From Amphiscolops sp. MND2022 (Eukaryota): a stretch of 64,000 nucleotides of DNA. Numbering within the stretch: the first letter of the stretch is position 1; each line of letters starts with the position of its first letter. The DNA lies in contig OZ076418.1 in the NCBI GenBank assembly GCA_964187785.1, positions 54,808,001 through 54,872,000 of the forward strand. Reading direction: 5' to 3'. The notes under the pieces are model-generated. The model was not told the origin of the DNA and ran no database searches. It saw only the letters and a list, made by a program, of their open reading frames with translations. Position numbers and translations under genes: made by a program. Below, piece after piece: positions 37,401 to 48,340 of the stretch.

Positions 37401-40400
37401 ATTGTTCTGAAGTTTGAAGTGAACGTTCAAATTGTGCTTTTGATACATTCGAAGATTGAAATTCAAACTTAGGTACCATTGATGGCATGAAATTTTCAAT
37501 GAAGTAAAATTACATTCCAACACAACATTGTTCGTATATGACGAAGGACCATCACCATCGATACGAAAACGTCCTTCCACAAATCAGTGAGGCCACACCG
37601 GCCCTGGGAACTGGTGGAAAAACTGGTTGCAAGAGCGCTATCAATATTTTTGTCTGACAGAAAAATATTCTTCTTTTTCCATCTCTTCAAATCCAAGGAG
37701 AGAAGCAAATGCAAGTCAAAATTACAAATTTGTTTGTCAAAGTAAAAGTTTTTCCTTGAAAGGAGTTTATTTTCTCATTGAAATGCCTACAATTTTGCAA
37801 TTTCTTTACACTTAGTTTTTTTTTAGGATTCTTTGTTGCTACTCTCTGAAGTGATGAACCGATCAGAAGAATATCCGCTTGTTTGCCCGATGAATTGTCA
37901 CATGTGCTTGGCACCTTGCCATGACGTTAAAACATTACAGAGACATCTACACGATGTTCATTTTTGGCCCGTTCACGGAACTTTTGTGCACCAGAGAAAG
38001 TGCCAACTATGTCACTTCTGTCAACAAAGCACGGACCACCAGCAATCTTCTAAAAAAGTTGATTTTCGAAACACTACTGGAATGTACTTTTCACTCAACC
38101 AAAAACCATTGCACTTGCATTGATGTTGTTTTGGCAATCCTTTTTTGCTATCAAAATTCTTCTTTTTGGCGATTTCGGATAACGAAAGAAGTTGATTGTT
38201 CTGAAGTTTGAAGTGAACGTTCAAATTGTGCTTTTGATACATTCGGAGATTGAAATTCAAACTTAGGTACCATTGATGGCATGAAATTTTCAATGAAGTA
38301 AAATTACATTCCAACACAACATTGTTCGTATATGACGAAGGACCATCAACATCGATACGAAAACGTCCTTCCACAAATCAGTGAGGCCACACCGGCCCTG
38401 GGAACTGGTGGAAAAACTGGTTGCAAGAGCGCTATCAATATTTTTGTCTGACAGAAAAATATTCTTCTTTTTCCATCTCTTCAAATCCAAGGAGAGAAGC
38501 AAATGCAAGTCAAAATTACAAATTTGTTTGTCAAAGTAAAAGTTTTTCCTTGAAAGGAGTTTATTTTCTCATTGAAATGCCTACAATTTTGCAATTTCTT
38601 TACACTTAGTTTTTTTTAGGATTCTTTGTTGCTACTCTCTGAAGTGATGAACCGATCAGAAGAATATCCGCTTGTTTGCCCGATGAATTGTCACATGTGC
38701 TTGGCACCTTGCCATGACGTTAAAACATTACAAAGACATCTACACAATGTTCATTTTTGGCCCGTTCACGGAACTTTTGTGCACCAGAGAAAGTGCCAAC
38801 TATGTCACTTCTGTCAACAAAGCACGGACCACCAGCAACCTTCTAAAAAAGTTGATTTTCGAAACACTACTGGAATGTACTTTTCACTCAACCAAAAAAC
38901 ATTGCACTTGCATTGATGTTGTTTTGGCAATCCTTTTTTGCTATCAAAATTCTACTTTTTGGCTATTTCGGATAACGAAAGAAGTTGATTGTTCTGAAGT
39001 TTGAAGTGAACGTGTAAATTGTGCTTTTGATATATTCATTCAAAGATTGAAAATCAAACTTAGGTATCATTGATGGCATGAAATTTTCAATGAAGTAAAA
39101 TTACATTTCAACACAACAGTGTTCGTATATGACGAAGGACCATCAACATCGAAACGAAAACGTCCTTCCACAAATCAGTGAGGCCACACCGGCCCTGGGT
39201 ACTGGTGGAAAAACTGGTTGCAAGAGCGCTATCAATATTTTTTGTCTGACAGAAAAATATTCTTCATTTTCCATCTCTTCAAATCCAAGGAGAGAAGCAA
39301 ATGCAAGTCAAAATCACAATTTTGTTTGTAAAAGTAAGTTTTTCCTTGAAAGGAGTTCATTTTTTCATTGAAATGCCTACAAATTTGCAATTTCTTTACA
39401 CTTAGTTTTTTTAGGATTCTTTGTTGCTACTCTCTGAAGTGATGAACCGATCAGAAGAATATCCGCTTGTTTGCCCGATGAATTGTCCCATGTGCTTGGC
39501 ACCTTTCAATGACGTTAAAACATTACAGAGACATCTACACGATGTTCATTTTTGGCCCGTTCACGGAACTTTTGTGCACCGGAGAAAGTGCCAACTATGT
39601 CACTTCTGTCAACAAAGCACGGACCACCAGCAATCTTCTAAAAAAGTTGATTTTCGAAACACTACTGGAATGTACTTTTCACTCAACCAAAAAACATTGC
39701 ACTTGCATTGATGTTCTTTTGGCAATCCTTTTTTGCTATCAAAATTCTACTTTTTGGCTATTTCGGATAACGAAAGAAGTTGATTGTTCTGAAGTTTGAA
39801 GTGAACGTGTAAATTGTGCTTTTGATATATTCATTCAAAGATTGAAAATCAAACTTAGGTATCATTGATGGCATGAAATTTTCAATGAAGTAAAATTACA
39901 TTTCAACACAACAGTGTTCGTATATGACGAAGGACCATCAACATCGAAACGAAAACGTCCTTCCACAAATCAGTGAGGCCACACCGGCCCTGGGTACTGG
40001 TGGAAAAACTGGTTGCAAGAGCGCTATCAATATTTTTTGTCTGACAGAAAAATATTCTTCATTTTCCATCTCTTCAAATCCAAGGAGAGAAGCAAATGCA
40101 AGTCAAAATCACAATTTTGTTTGTAAAAGTAAGTTTTTCCTTGAAAGGAGTTCATTTTTTCATTGAAATGCCTACAAATTTGCAATTTCTTTACACTTAG
40201 TTTTTTTAGGATTCTTTGTTGCTACTCTCTGAAGTGATGAACCGATCAGAAGAATATCCGCTTGTTTACCCGATGAATTGTCCCATGTGCTTGGCACCTT
40301 TCAATGACGTTAAAACATTACAGAGACATCTACACGATGTTCATTTTTGGCCCGTTCACGGAACTTTTGTGCACCGGAGAAAGTGCCAACTATGTCACTT

Positions 40401-40767
40401 CTGTCAACAAAGCACGGACCAACAGCAATCTTCTTTAAAAAAGTTGATTTTCGAAACACTACTGGAATGTACTTTTCACTCAACCAAAAAACATTGCACT
40501 TGCATTGATGTTGTTTTGGCAATCCTTTTTTGCTATCAAAATTCTACTTTTTGGCTATTTCGGATAACGAAAGAAGTTGATTGTTCTGAAGTTTGAAGTG
40601 AACGTGTAAATTGTGCTTTTGATATATTCATTCAAAGATTGAAAATCAAACTTAGGTATCATTGATGGCATGAAATTTTCAATGAAGTAAAATTACATTC
40701 CAACACAACAGTGTTCGTATATGACGAAGGACCATCAACATCGAAACGTCCTTCCACAAATCAGTGA
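34432..40767 (+). repeat. Tandem array 2 of ~793-bp C2H2 pseudogene units (8 copies)
   Basis: ORF starts at 34663, 35456, 36248, 37039, 37833, 38626, 39421 and 40216. Confidence 0.96.
40216..40767 (+). pseudogene. Best-preserved C2H2 zinc-finger gene copy (184 codons with two internal TGA)
   Basis: One frame runs from the finger through LIFETLLECTFH...CSEV*SERVNCAFDIFIQRLKIKLRYH*WHEIFNEV...EGPSTSKRPSTNQ*. The internal TGAs are at 40594-40596 and 40663-40665. Confidence 0.65.
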
Positions 40768-41559
40768 TTCACCCAAAAGATTCGACATCCATATGGACTC
40801 TTCGTTTATCTGATGATGAAGCGCGCCACTCGGTTCATATTTTTTGCTTTTTCGATTTTCGAGTACTGTAAATTGACACTTGGAAGTCCTTTTGCTATTT
40901 TTGAGCCTTGGATATGGCTCCGAATTGGGCCGGTACCGGCTTGTTTCTCTTTTGAACGTCTTTAGGCGATTAGGAAGAATTGAAATAGGCCTGATTCCAG
41001 AGCATATCAATATTAAAGTAGGTTGCAGAAAAACACATTCTGCTCATTTTGATTTCGAGTATGACAATGTAACGACAACTCTTTCGCATTTTTGAACATC
41101 ATTAACCACTAATTAACCTCTCATCCAACACCCGACTGACGACGACTTCTCCAATCACGTGGGTAACTTTCATTTTTTAACACTTTCCTGCCTTCTTGAC
41201 TCCTTCCGTTCAACCGTGCACGTCTAGATCAGAGGAAATTCAACACAGATTTGCACAAAGCCAAGACCCTCCGAGGTTAGCCCATGTTAAAGTAGAATGG
41301 CCTCCATTTGCCCGATGTGCTCACACTCTTACTACTTGTAGGCAACGTCGACCCAATTATGTTTTGTCTATAATCAATTTCAATACATGGAGGGCCGACC
41401 TTCATACAACCGGTCTTGCTCTCAGGTATACTACGAACCAAATTGTTGGTTTTTTCAAACATTTCGAGCTTGTTTAACATTTCGCCAAAAAAGCTATATG
41501 GAAAACACAATGAGCCGGAGGTGTAGTTAGAAATGTTCAATACGATAGTTTTCATTGAG

Positions 41560-43575
41560 TGTTTGTGAAGTGCTCTATTGTCTTTTGACTTATTAAGATT
41601 TTTGATGTACGAGTTTATTCAAGAAAAGAAATATAAGTCTCAATTCACTTTCAATTTACTTTCTAAAGTAATTATGCGAGTCCGATCAAGAATAATTATA
41701 AGCCTCAATTATAGTCTAATTCGTGAACTCTTAGTTCACTTTTCTTCTATTTTCTTGTTTGAAAACTAAAAGTAATCTCGTACTTAAAATTTTCGCGACT
41801 GTGCCTTCCTACACTTCAACAAAAGCTGTCTCAGGTGTGAGTTCGGATGGAAGGACTTTATTTCTACGACCCGGGAGAAGAGTGTGTTTTGGTTCAGAAA
41901 TATGTAAATTAAATCTGTTTTGGTTTATATTAAAGTTGTAATAAATGTCACTCATACAAAAGCAAAGTGCACAGATCAGCATGAATAGAAAGAAAATAAT
42001 TAAATCAAATCTAAAATCTATCTTTGAATAATACGAGTTAAGTTAGTTAGAAAGAAAGTAAGTTATTAAGTTGTTCTTGTGTTTTACCAGATCAAGAGGT
42101 GAAGCCTCTTTATAAGATGCAGCGATAGCTTGCAAGGTGTTTATAGTCCACTAATTGTCACGGACTGAAAAGAGAGCTACTTGCTTCTCTTGATTAAAGA
42201 ACAACAGATTGTTGTACTGGTTTTATAGAGTGTGCTATACAGCTACTCTTTGTCTCAGATTGAGAACTGTTCGACTTGAAGAGTCAAACAAAAACTAAGT
42301 TATTTAAGTCTCTTATAACCCAGCTAAAGCTGTGGTTCTTGGTTTAGAGTCAGTATATCTACCAGACTTTGGTTTAGAGTCTACTATAAAGCAGAGACTA
42401 TTCAATCTTTGTTAAACAAAGACGGTATGATAGCTTCTGTTCGAAGTCAAAAGTCAATTAGAACTCCAACGTAAGAGAAGGTTTGCTTTAACGATGAAAG
42501 CAGATTTTTGTTTTGTTTTAGATTGAAAATATTATAAGACTAAGACTTAGCTTGCCTTTACTTGAAGGCAGATTAGAAAATAGTTAAAGACTTTAATTGC
42601 TTCAATATGAAAGCAGAGTTGAAAAGCTTAAGACTTAATTTGTTTTGGCTCGAAAAATAAATCAAGATAAAATTGCTTCGCTTTGAAAGCGGATTGAAAA
42701 TCGTCTAAGACAAGTTTGCTTTAACAAGAAAGCAGGCTTGACAAAATATTCTAAGTTAAAATTGCTTTGCTTTGAAAGCAGGCTGAAAATCGTCAAACAT
42801 AAAATTGCTTTAACGAGAAAGCAGGCTTGACAAAATATTCTAAGTTAAAGTTGCTTTGATTTGAAAGCAGAGTGAAAATCGTCTAAGTTAAGACTGAGCC
42901 AAGACTTGTAAAAATTTAAGAGTTGCTGTTTAAAGTTTAAGTTAAGAAAAAGAAAAGACTTAGACAAAAAAAACACTAAGACAAAATAAGTTAAAGTTAA
43001 AGCTGAGAAAATATCTTAGAAAAATGAAAGCTCCAAAAGAAAATTGAAATGGTTTAACTAACAGTTACTGCGCCGCGCTGATGAAGGGGATTGAACCCAA
43101 GAAGAAAGATTGAGAAGTAGGAGTGTTCGGATTGATCGATTTTGTATTATTCCAAAAGAAGAGCTCTGAGAGGTGAAAATTTCGTCTGCTTTTATACTAA
43201 ATTTGACCGCTTCGTCAACCAATAAAATTCAATCACAGTTGTGATTGGCTGACGAGCATGACGTCATATGACGTCAAGTCATATGACTATACAAACGAAA
43301 GTGTTTTGTATGTGTTATTCGCAGGCATAGTGTCCACGACAAAATGATGTCATTTGACGTCATGATCAAATAAAGAATGTGTGCAGCGTCGCTGAACAAA
43401 GCGAGTGAACACGTTCGAGCGTGTTCAAAATTCAGAGCTGAGCGAGAAATTAATGAAGATAAACAGCGCAAGTTACAAAAGATAAAATTACATGTTACAA
43501 GTTTTAGAGTTTTATTCTTTTTGGATTTTGACGGTAAGTTTCTTTCTTTTTGTTTGCCATAAGTCGCACACGACA
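41560..43575 (-). repeat. 3' LTR (2016 bp)
   Basis: Direct repeat of 58085-60097 with only about half a dozen differences seen by eye. The minus strand reads TGTCGTGTGCG...CTTCACAAACA. Confidence 0.97.
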
Positions 43576-43590
43576 TCTCACCCGGGTTTC
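43576..43590 (-). other. Putative polypurine-tract position (atypical: GAAACCCGGGTGAGA)
   Basis: It abuts the TG start of the 3' LTR but is only partly purine-rich. Confidence 0.4.
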
Positions 43591-43633
43591 AAGATTGGAG
43601 AAATTGTAACTGGGGTACACAGGTTGTTTATGC

Positions 43634-44621
43634 TCACTTTGATTCTTCCAGGTTAACTTCGATGAACATCGTGTCATTCAGGATGAATGGGGAGTTGCTT
43701 TTGAAAAGTTGGCTGTGTGGGAAAGGGGATGATGAAGAAGGGGAAACATATGCTCGGGTTTCCATAGCTTGTACAAGGTCGTACAAAACAGGCTGAGTTT
43801 TTGTGGTCTTTTGGATCTATTGTTTTTGTTCAAGTATCAGTAGTCTCACTCAAATTTATCACATTGATTCGAAATATTAGTTTGAAAGGCCAAGGAAGAA
43901 TTGGGTCGAACTCACCAGGAAGGATGGTAATAACTAATGAAGCGCTTTCTCCAGTGGCAGGAGAGCATCCGTAAGGATAAAGCTTCATATGAAAACGGTA
44001 CCCGTGAGTTGATGTATAAAATGGAGGGCTCTGAAAATTGCAGGGTAATTTGGGGTGAGGGTCGATACCCTTTTGCAATTCTAGTTCAGCAGCCTTTGCG
44101 TTATCAAACATAAGGCTGAAGGAGCAAATTCTCCAGATTAGTTTTTTGTCTCTTCCGCAATCAATACTGTGAATACGGTCATAGAGGTCCATTATTAGGC
44201 ATTTGAAGGGTTTCAATTCATCAAGTCGTCTTTGTGTATCTGTTGATTCGGGTTCGGTTGGCGAAGGGGTATGAAGAGGAGTATTTACAGGTTGTTCAAC
44301 AGTAGGTGTTATTGTCTTCTTTTGAAGATTTTGGACGACAATTTGGAGTTGTTGAATAGTTCTGTCCTGTTGTCTTCGTAGGTTCTTTTCGTGCTCTAGT
44401 TGTTCGGACAGATTTGCAACTAGTAATTGCGTTGCGTGCAGGTATTGAGCGGTTTTGAGATTGCTGAGTGGAAACTTGCTGACGAGCATTTTCATCTGGG
44501 CGAGGTCGTTGTCGGTGCATGAAGGTAGGCTGGAATTTGTTATTTGATTTCGTATTGTTGTTATCTCATTTTCTACAGCAGCTAGTCTAAGAGTGGATTC
44601 TTCTAATAATTGTTTTTCCAT
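43634..44621 (-). pseudogene. TRAF-like protein (coiled coil + MATH/TRAF-C domain), with a nonsense codon and a frameshift near the C-terminus
   Basis: ORF 43830..44621 has heptad-rich N-terminal stretches, then LIWRI, SPPFYTSTHGYRFHMKLYPYG, SASLVITILPGEFDPILPWPF. Past TGA 43830-43832 the frame continues TKTIDPKDHKNSACFVRP...CFPFFI. A shifted frame gives the final strand FILNDTMFIEVNLEESK*. Confidence 0.85.
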
Positions 44622-44623
44622 TT

Positions 44624-45085
44624 TCAGATGAAGGCAGAGATAGCCCGTAGGGGTACTGATAATCTCTGATGTTTAAGAGTAGTATTTTCAATAGTAAATT
44701 CTTGTCTTTTTGAGTCCCAGAAGATAATTCTCCACTGATTGACTTCTTCTTTGAGAGTATAGTTGAGATTGTAATGAAATCTGGGATTTCTGGTTATCGA
44801 GTATTTTTGAGCGGCTTCTTCACTTCTTTTTTGTTTTTCTAAAGCTTGTTTCAATGAATATTGTGTTTTCTTCTTTTTAATACTACCGTTAAAGACAAAT
44901 GTATTAAGATTATTTGGAGGTGTAACAGTGGCGTCTAAGATTGTTTGACTGAGTGGTCGTTGAGGAATAGGAGATTCACATGAAGTGATGTCAAACATAG
45001 GAAAATCGAGTATGTCCTTCTCAGTTAGAGTTTCCTTTGAAAGAAGAAGTTCCAGATCTGATGAAAGAGAGGTGTGGTCGGTCAT
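44624..45085 (-). CDS. Unknown 153-aa accessory ORF
   Basis: Open frame lying 26 nt after the env stop and ending 2 nt before the TRAF-like ATG. Confidence 0.6.
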   Translation of the reverse strand: MTDHTSLSSDLELLLSKETLTEKDILDFPMFDITSCESPIPQRPLSQTILDATVTPPNNLNTFVFNGSIKKKKTQYSLKQALEKQKRSEEAAQKYSITRNPRFHYNLNYTLKEEVNQWRIIFWDSKRQEFTIENTTLKHQRLSVPLRAISAFI

Positions 45086-45111
45086 TCTTTGCTAAAAATA
45101 GAATACAAAAG

Positions 45112-47247
45112 TTAAATTGGTGATATTGTGTCTAAACGATTAGTTGCTGGCAGACGATTTATGACAGGGTAGATATGTTCAGAAGCATCTTGATTGTCTG
45201 TACTGAATGTTGTCATCGGAATATCTTTTGTAGAAGGATTGAACATTGAATGGAAAATTGAAACCATAAAAAGATTGTAAGTTGCAGATAGTAGAATTTT
45301 ACCGAATCCAACAGACGCTCCAGTAAGTCGGTGTATTTCAAAGGCTCTGACAATAGTTACTGTCACATCGATAATTAATTTTATGAAAAGGAAAACTGCA
45401 AACCAAATTCCACATTTTTCTAGCCAATATCCAATTGTACCAAATGTTTGTCTAAATTTGCTTTCAAAGTAACCAGGAGATATCATGTTATCAACAAAGA
45501 AATCCATTTTTGGTGCGTAGTATGTGTATCCTTCAGGTCCTTTCTTTGAGTGTGAAGGGACAATGAGTTTTCTTGTGAATTTTTGTAAAGCATTCTTCGA
45601 TGCAGAACTCATGAGGATGTTGTCCCAAAATTCGGTTAGCTGGCCTTTCGTGTACATTCCAGCGTTGATTGATTGGGGAAACTGATCCCTTGTGAATGGT
45701 GCTACATCTTTTGGCGAGAAGATAGCAGGTCTATCTCTATGTGTGATTTGCGGCGTTAGTGAGAACCAAGAGTTCTTATCGTCCATGTCCATTTGAAAAA
45801 GGTTCTTTATGTGGTCCGAACAGTTCTGAGGCATCGCATCAGGTAAAGTTTGCCTCGTGATGGGATCTACAAATTTGATTTGTCCTTTGTAAAATATGGG
45901 TATCTTATCGTAGCACTCGTTCATCGTGTGAAGAGGTGATCTGACTAGAGGACAAGAGTAAAGCCATGCAAGGCTTCCATCAGTTTCTAAGAACATTGAT
46001 CTGTTTCCAGTCAACATATATCCAGCTAGTCTTGAGTTCTCAAGTGAAAGCATCAGAATAGTAAGTATGTGTGATCGTTCTTGTTCACACTGATTTTTCA
46101 AAAGATGAAGTTCTGAGGCTTTGAGTGCTCTGGAGCTCTCAAAGAAAAGATAGTCCAGTTTAGTTCCTTGTTGTAATTCGTAGTCCATATTCAACCATGT
46201 TCCATAATATGGGTCTGAATGGTAGTTACTAGCAAACCAGAGTTTACTATGGCCTGGGTCATCTCTTTCTTGATCATTAGGGGAATAGTGCATCATGTGA
46301 ACTCTGTCCTCTTGTTGGATCATATTTCGTCCAGTTTTCATGTCAAATCCACCATAAAGGATAGCAACAAACAAAGATTCATAGGTTGTGGGATATACAT
46401 CTGATGGTTTATTACAAAGTTTTTGTGGTCTGTTTTTGACTTCAAAGAGATATTTGTTTTCTGAATTGTTCTTGCTAACAATATAATACTGGTCGTCATT
46501 TTTGATCATGTTTACGTACTCTTCTTTCAGTACGGTGAGAATACAGTTGTCTGGATTATCCCATATATAAGCATATGGGTCGAGTGAGGTGCTATCACAT
46601 CCGAGTTCATCTAGTTTGCAGGGTAGAGGTTGTCCATTTCTGTTCATTATAGTTCCGTCTCTGAGTTTGACGTTCAGAGTAATATCTTGGATGTGAGTCT
46701 CGAAGGTATCTTTTTCAATCCATTCAAAACCATCACATTCATTTTTGAATGTGTCGTCTGCATCGCCATTCCATCTAAGATGTTGTTCAATTACTCCTTT
46801 TTTCATTGTAATCTGATGATTTAGTAGAGTTATTGGTGATCCTTCAGCTGCGAGTCTGCATTGTGCAGGCGATAAATCGAGATATGAGGTAATAGTCTTT
46901 TGTTTGATATCGATGCTGGAGTGGTCGTGCATTCCACAATAGAATCTGTTCCTTTGATGTTTGACACTGCATATTGTAGCGTTAATTTCTGTTCGAAAAT
47001 GTTTTGTGTACATCTTGACTTTGGCATGGCTCATGTCTATGTTCTCAGGAGCCACGTTACAAGGTTTGACTTGGTTGAGAGAGTAGAGATTGTTTTCTGA
47101 CATTTCACTGCAATCGTAATGTGAGACTGTGACTGTAGGTGCGATATCATCCAGTATGGGCTGCTTTTGGTCGGCGTAGATGAATTTTATTGAAAACATC
47201 AAAATAAAAATAACCAAATATTTACAGTATATCTTTTCACTATCCAT
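45112..47247 (-). CDS. env: Envelope glycoprotein, chuvirus-G / herpes-gB-like (class III fusogen)
   Basis: N-terminal signal peptide, Cys-rich ectodomain with HYDC...LYSLNQVKPC...ICSVKHQRNRFYCGMHDH, and C-terminal hydrophobic segments (WFAVFLFIKLIIDVTV...). This pattern matches my recollection of chuvirus-like glycoproteins. Confidence 0.8.
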   Translation of the reverse strand: MDSEKIYCKYLVIFILMFSIKFIYADQKQPILDDIAPTVTVSHYDCSEMSENNLYSLNQVKPCNVAPENIDMSHAKVKMYTKHFRTEINATICSVKHQRNRFYCGMHDHSSIDIKQKTITSYLDLSPAQCRLAAEGSPITLLNHQITMKKGVIEQHLRWNGDADDTFKNECDGFEWIEKDTFETHIQDITLNVKLRDGTIMNRNGQPLPCKLDELGCDSTSLDPYAYIWDNPDNCILTVLKEEYVNMIKNDDQYYIVSKNNSENKYLFEVKNRPQKLCNKPSDVYPTTYESLFVAILYGGFDMKTGRNMIQQEDRVHMMHYSPNDQERDDPGHSKLWFASNYHSDPYYGTWLNMDYELQQGTKLDYLFFESSRALKASELHLLKNQCEQERSHILTILMLSLENSRLAGYMLTGNRSMFLETDGSLAWLYSCPLVRSPLHTMNECYDKIPIFYKGQIKFVDPITRQTLPDAMPQNCSDHIKNLFQMDMDDKNSWFSLTPQITHRDRPAIFSPKDVAPFTRDQFPQSINAGMYTKGQLTEFWDNILMSSASKNALQKFTRKLIVPSHSKKGPEGYTYYAPKMDFFVDNMISPGYFESKFRQTFGTIGYWLEKCGIWFAVFLFIKLIIDVTVTIVRAFEIHRLTGASVGFGKILLSATYNLFMVSIFHSMFNPSTKDIPMTTFSTDNQDASEHIYPVINRLPATNRLDTISPI

Positions 47248-47528
47248 TATCTACTAATGAAAACGGTACTCCGAAAATACTATAAAAGGTTTAAGAAAAG
47301 AAAGGTAGACTTGCTAACCTTGAAAAGGAAGCTTTGCTTTCGATGAAGCAGTGAGAAGAGCAGCTTTGCTTTCAATAGAGCAGCGAGAAATCTGTAGCAC
47401 TTGGCAATACAGAATGTTTGTTCAAATCGAACTGAAAAGAGAGCAAGAATGAATTCTGCTTGAAGTTGACAACTTAGTCAAAGATGTGAAATGGATGATA
47501 GTCCTTTTCGTGAAAGGCTTTGATGAAT

Positions 47529-48255
47529 ACACGTCTAAAAACCGTGTCTTCTCGCTTAAGAAAATATGATCTGTTTTAAACAGACAAAAAGAGCGAGGAG
47601 TTATTTATAGACGGCAGAGTTTGACACTTAGGTCGTTACCGTCTCTTCTTGCAAGGTAAAAGGAAAAGTAGCACACGTCTAAAAACCGTGTCTTCCTGCT
47701 AAAAGGAACGTGATCTCTTTGAGACCAAGAAGAAAAGAAAAATAGGAGCAGGGAGTTATTTATAGACGGCAGAGATTGATACTGAGATCGTTACCGTCTC
47801 TTCTTGCCTGAGAAAGAGAGAGTTAAGAAGGTTAAGTAAAGGCAAGGCTACACGTCCAAAAAACCGTGTCTTCCCACCATAGAAAAAGTCATCTAAGTGG
47901 CCAGCTTAGATCAAAGAGAGAAATAAAGGTAGGGAGTTATTTATACACGGCAGAGTTTGATACGAACCGTCGTTCGATCGTTACCGTGTCTTTGTCAGAC
48001 TTTTGTGACAAATTGTAATATACGTCTATACACCGTATCTTCGTTGAGCTTTGCAACGGAGTTATTTATACACGGCAGAGTTTGATACTGAGATCGTTAC
48101 CGTGTCTTCTTGCAAGGATAAAATTGAATACGCACGTCCAAAACCCGTGCCTTCCTGCTAGAGAGAAAAGTGATCTATTTTAGATCGAATAAAAATGAGA
48201 GCAGGGAGTTGTTTATACACGGCAGAGTTTGATACAAAGATCGTTACCGTGTCTT
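47529..48255. ncRNA. Five-unit tandem structured element (~150-bp units, multiple covarying stems) upstream of env
   Basis: Each unit has hairpin A, a CTTC.../...GGAG stem, TTATTTAT, and hairpin B with a conserved internal loop CAGAGTTT/GTTA. Compensatory base changes occur between units. Confidence 0.6.
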
Positions 48256-48340
48256 GCACCTAAAAAGAAGTTGAATAAAAGGTTTAATTAATCACAGTAC
48301 ACAGTAATAAAGAGAAAATAATAAAAGGTAGAGAACAGAT

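Noticed and set aside
22279-40596. The many 60-117-aa ORFs in the 793-bp units, including a minus-strand 'CGRTF...RHIRT' finger-like string
   Set aside because: They are shadow frames. The minus-strand string needs a frameshift and lacks correct C2H2 spacing, while the plus strand gives one coherent frame.
41578-43576. Short ORFs inside the LTRs (and their copies at 58103-60098)
   Set aside because: They are 60-100 aa with no motifs, and are duplicated simply as LTR sequence.
22480-44621. Alternative genetic code (TGA = Trp), suggested by in-frame TGAs in the ZnF and TRAF genes
   Set aside because: The RT-RLE, 419-aa and 153-aa ORFs end plausibly at TGA, long ORFs use TGG for conserved Trp, and the same genes also carry frameshifts. 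Ordinary decay explains it.
45112-47247. Baculovirus-F-type errantivirus env
   Set aside because: I see no furin site followed by an F-type fusion peptide. The Cys pattern fits the chuvirus/gB type better.
47529-48255. Calling the array a hammerhead or hairpin ribozyme
   Set aside because: There is no CUGANGA/GAAA core. The resemblance to hairpin-ribozyme loop B (CAGAG.../...UUACC) and an NGUC is only partial, and the loop A geometry is missing. It is kept as an unclassified structure.
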